DNA of 64,000 bases from Hamiltosporidium tvaerminnensis FI-OER-3-3 (Eukaryota > Fungi > Microsporidia): positions 186,001 through 250,000 of the forward strand of contig CM061249.1 in NCBI GenBank assembly GCA_022605425.2, read 5' to 3'. This document shows positions 63,835-64,000 of the stretch, one piece after another. Numbering within the stretch: the stretch's first letter is position 1; each line of letters opens with the position of its first letter. The position numbers were made by a program, and so were the translations under genes. The notes under the pieces were generated by a model that was not told where the DNA came from, did not search any database, and saw only the letters and a program-made list of their open reading frames with translations.

Positions 63835-64000
63835 TATCTATCTCTAGTAAATAACACCCTACCTATCTAGTAATTAACACCCTACATATATCTAGTAAAT
63901 AACACCCTCATACTCCTATTATTAATTAACACCCTACCTACCTATCTCTCTATAATTAACACCCTACCTACCTATCTCTCTAGTAATTAACACCCTACCT
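63835..64000. repeat. Irregular ~25-31-bp minisatellite running off the window end
   Basis: taacaccct(acct)n atct(ct)agtaa units repeated 6 times. Confidence 0.9.

Overview
Very AT-rich eukaryotic DNA, most consistent with a large-genome microsporidian (Hamiltosporidium-like; inferred from CCC motifs just upstream of ATGs, a 36-nt intron right after the RPS6 start, highly diverged housekeeping proteins and a secreted LRR gene). Eight protein genes: RPS6, eIF3b, RhoGAP, a BIR/IAP protein, a WD40 protein, an LRR protein and two hypotheticals. Much of the rest is retroelement-derived: about 11 copies or relics of an R4/Dong-like non-LTR retrotransposon (RT + CCHC + restriction-like endonuclease), two of them near-intact with target-site duplications (TSDs) and almost no 5' UTR. 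Three non-coding, non-autonomous retroposon families are also present: (1) a ~725-nt structured element (4 copies; one with a TSD, one with a twin-priming-type 5' inversion); (2) a tRNA-headed SINE (2 copies) ending in the same TATTAAATAAA tail as the R4-like element; (3) a ~230-nt bipartite RTE-like element with a (GAAT)n tail (4 copies). Also seen: a minisatellite derived from R4 coding sequence, a swapped ~110-bp patch between the two young R4 copies, and a three-copy small-ORF family. All alignments were made by eye; identities and relic boundaries are approximate.
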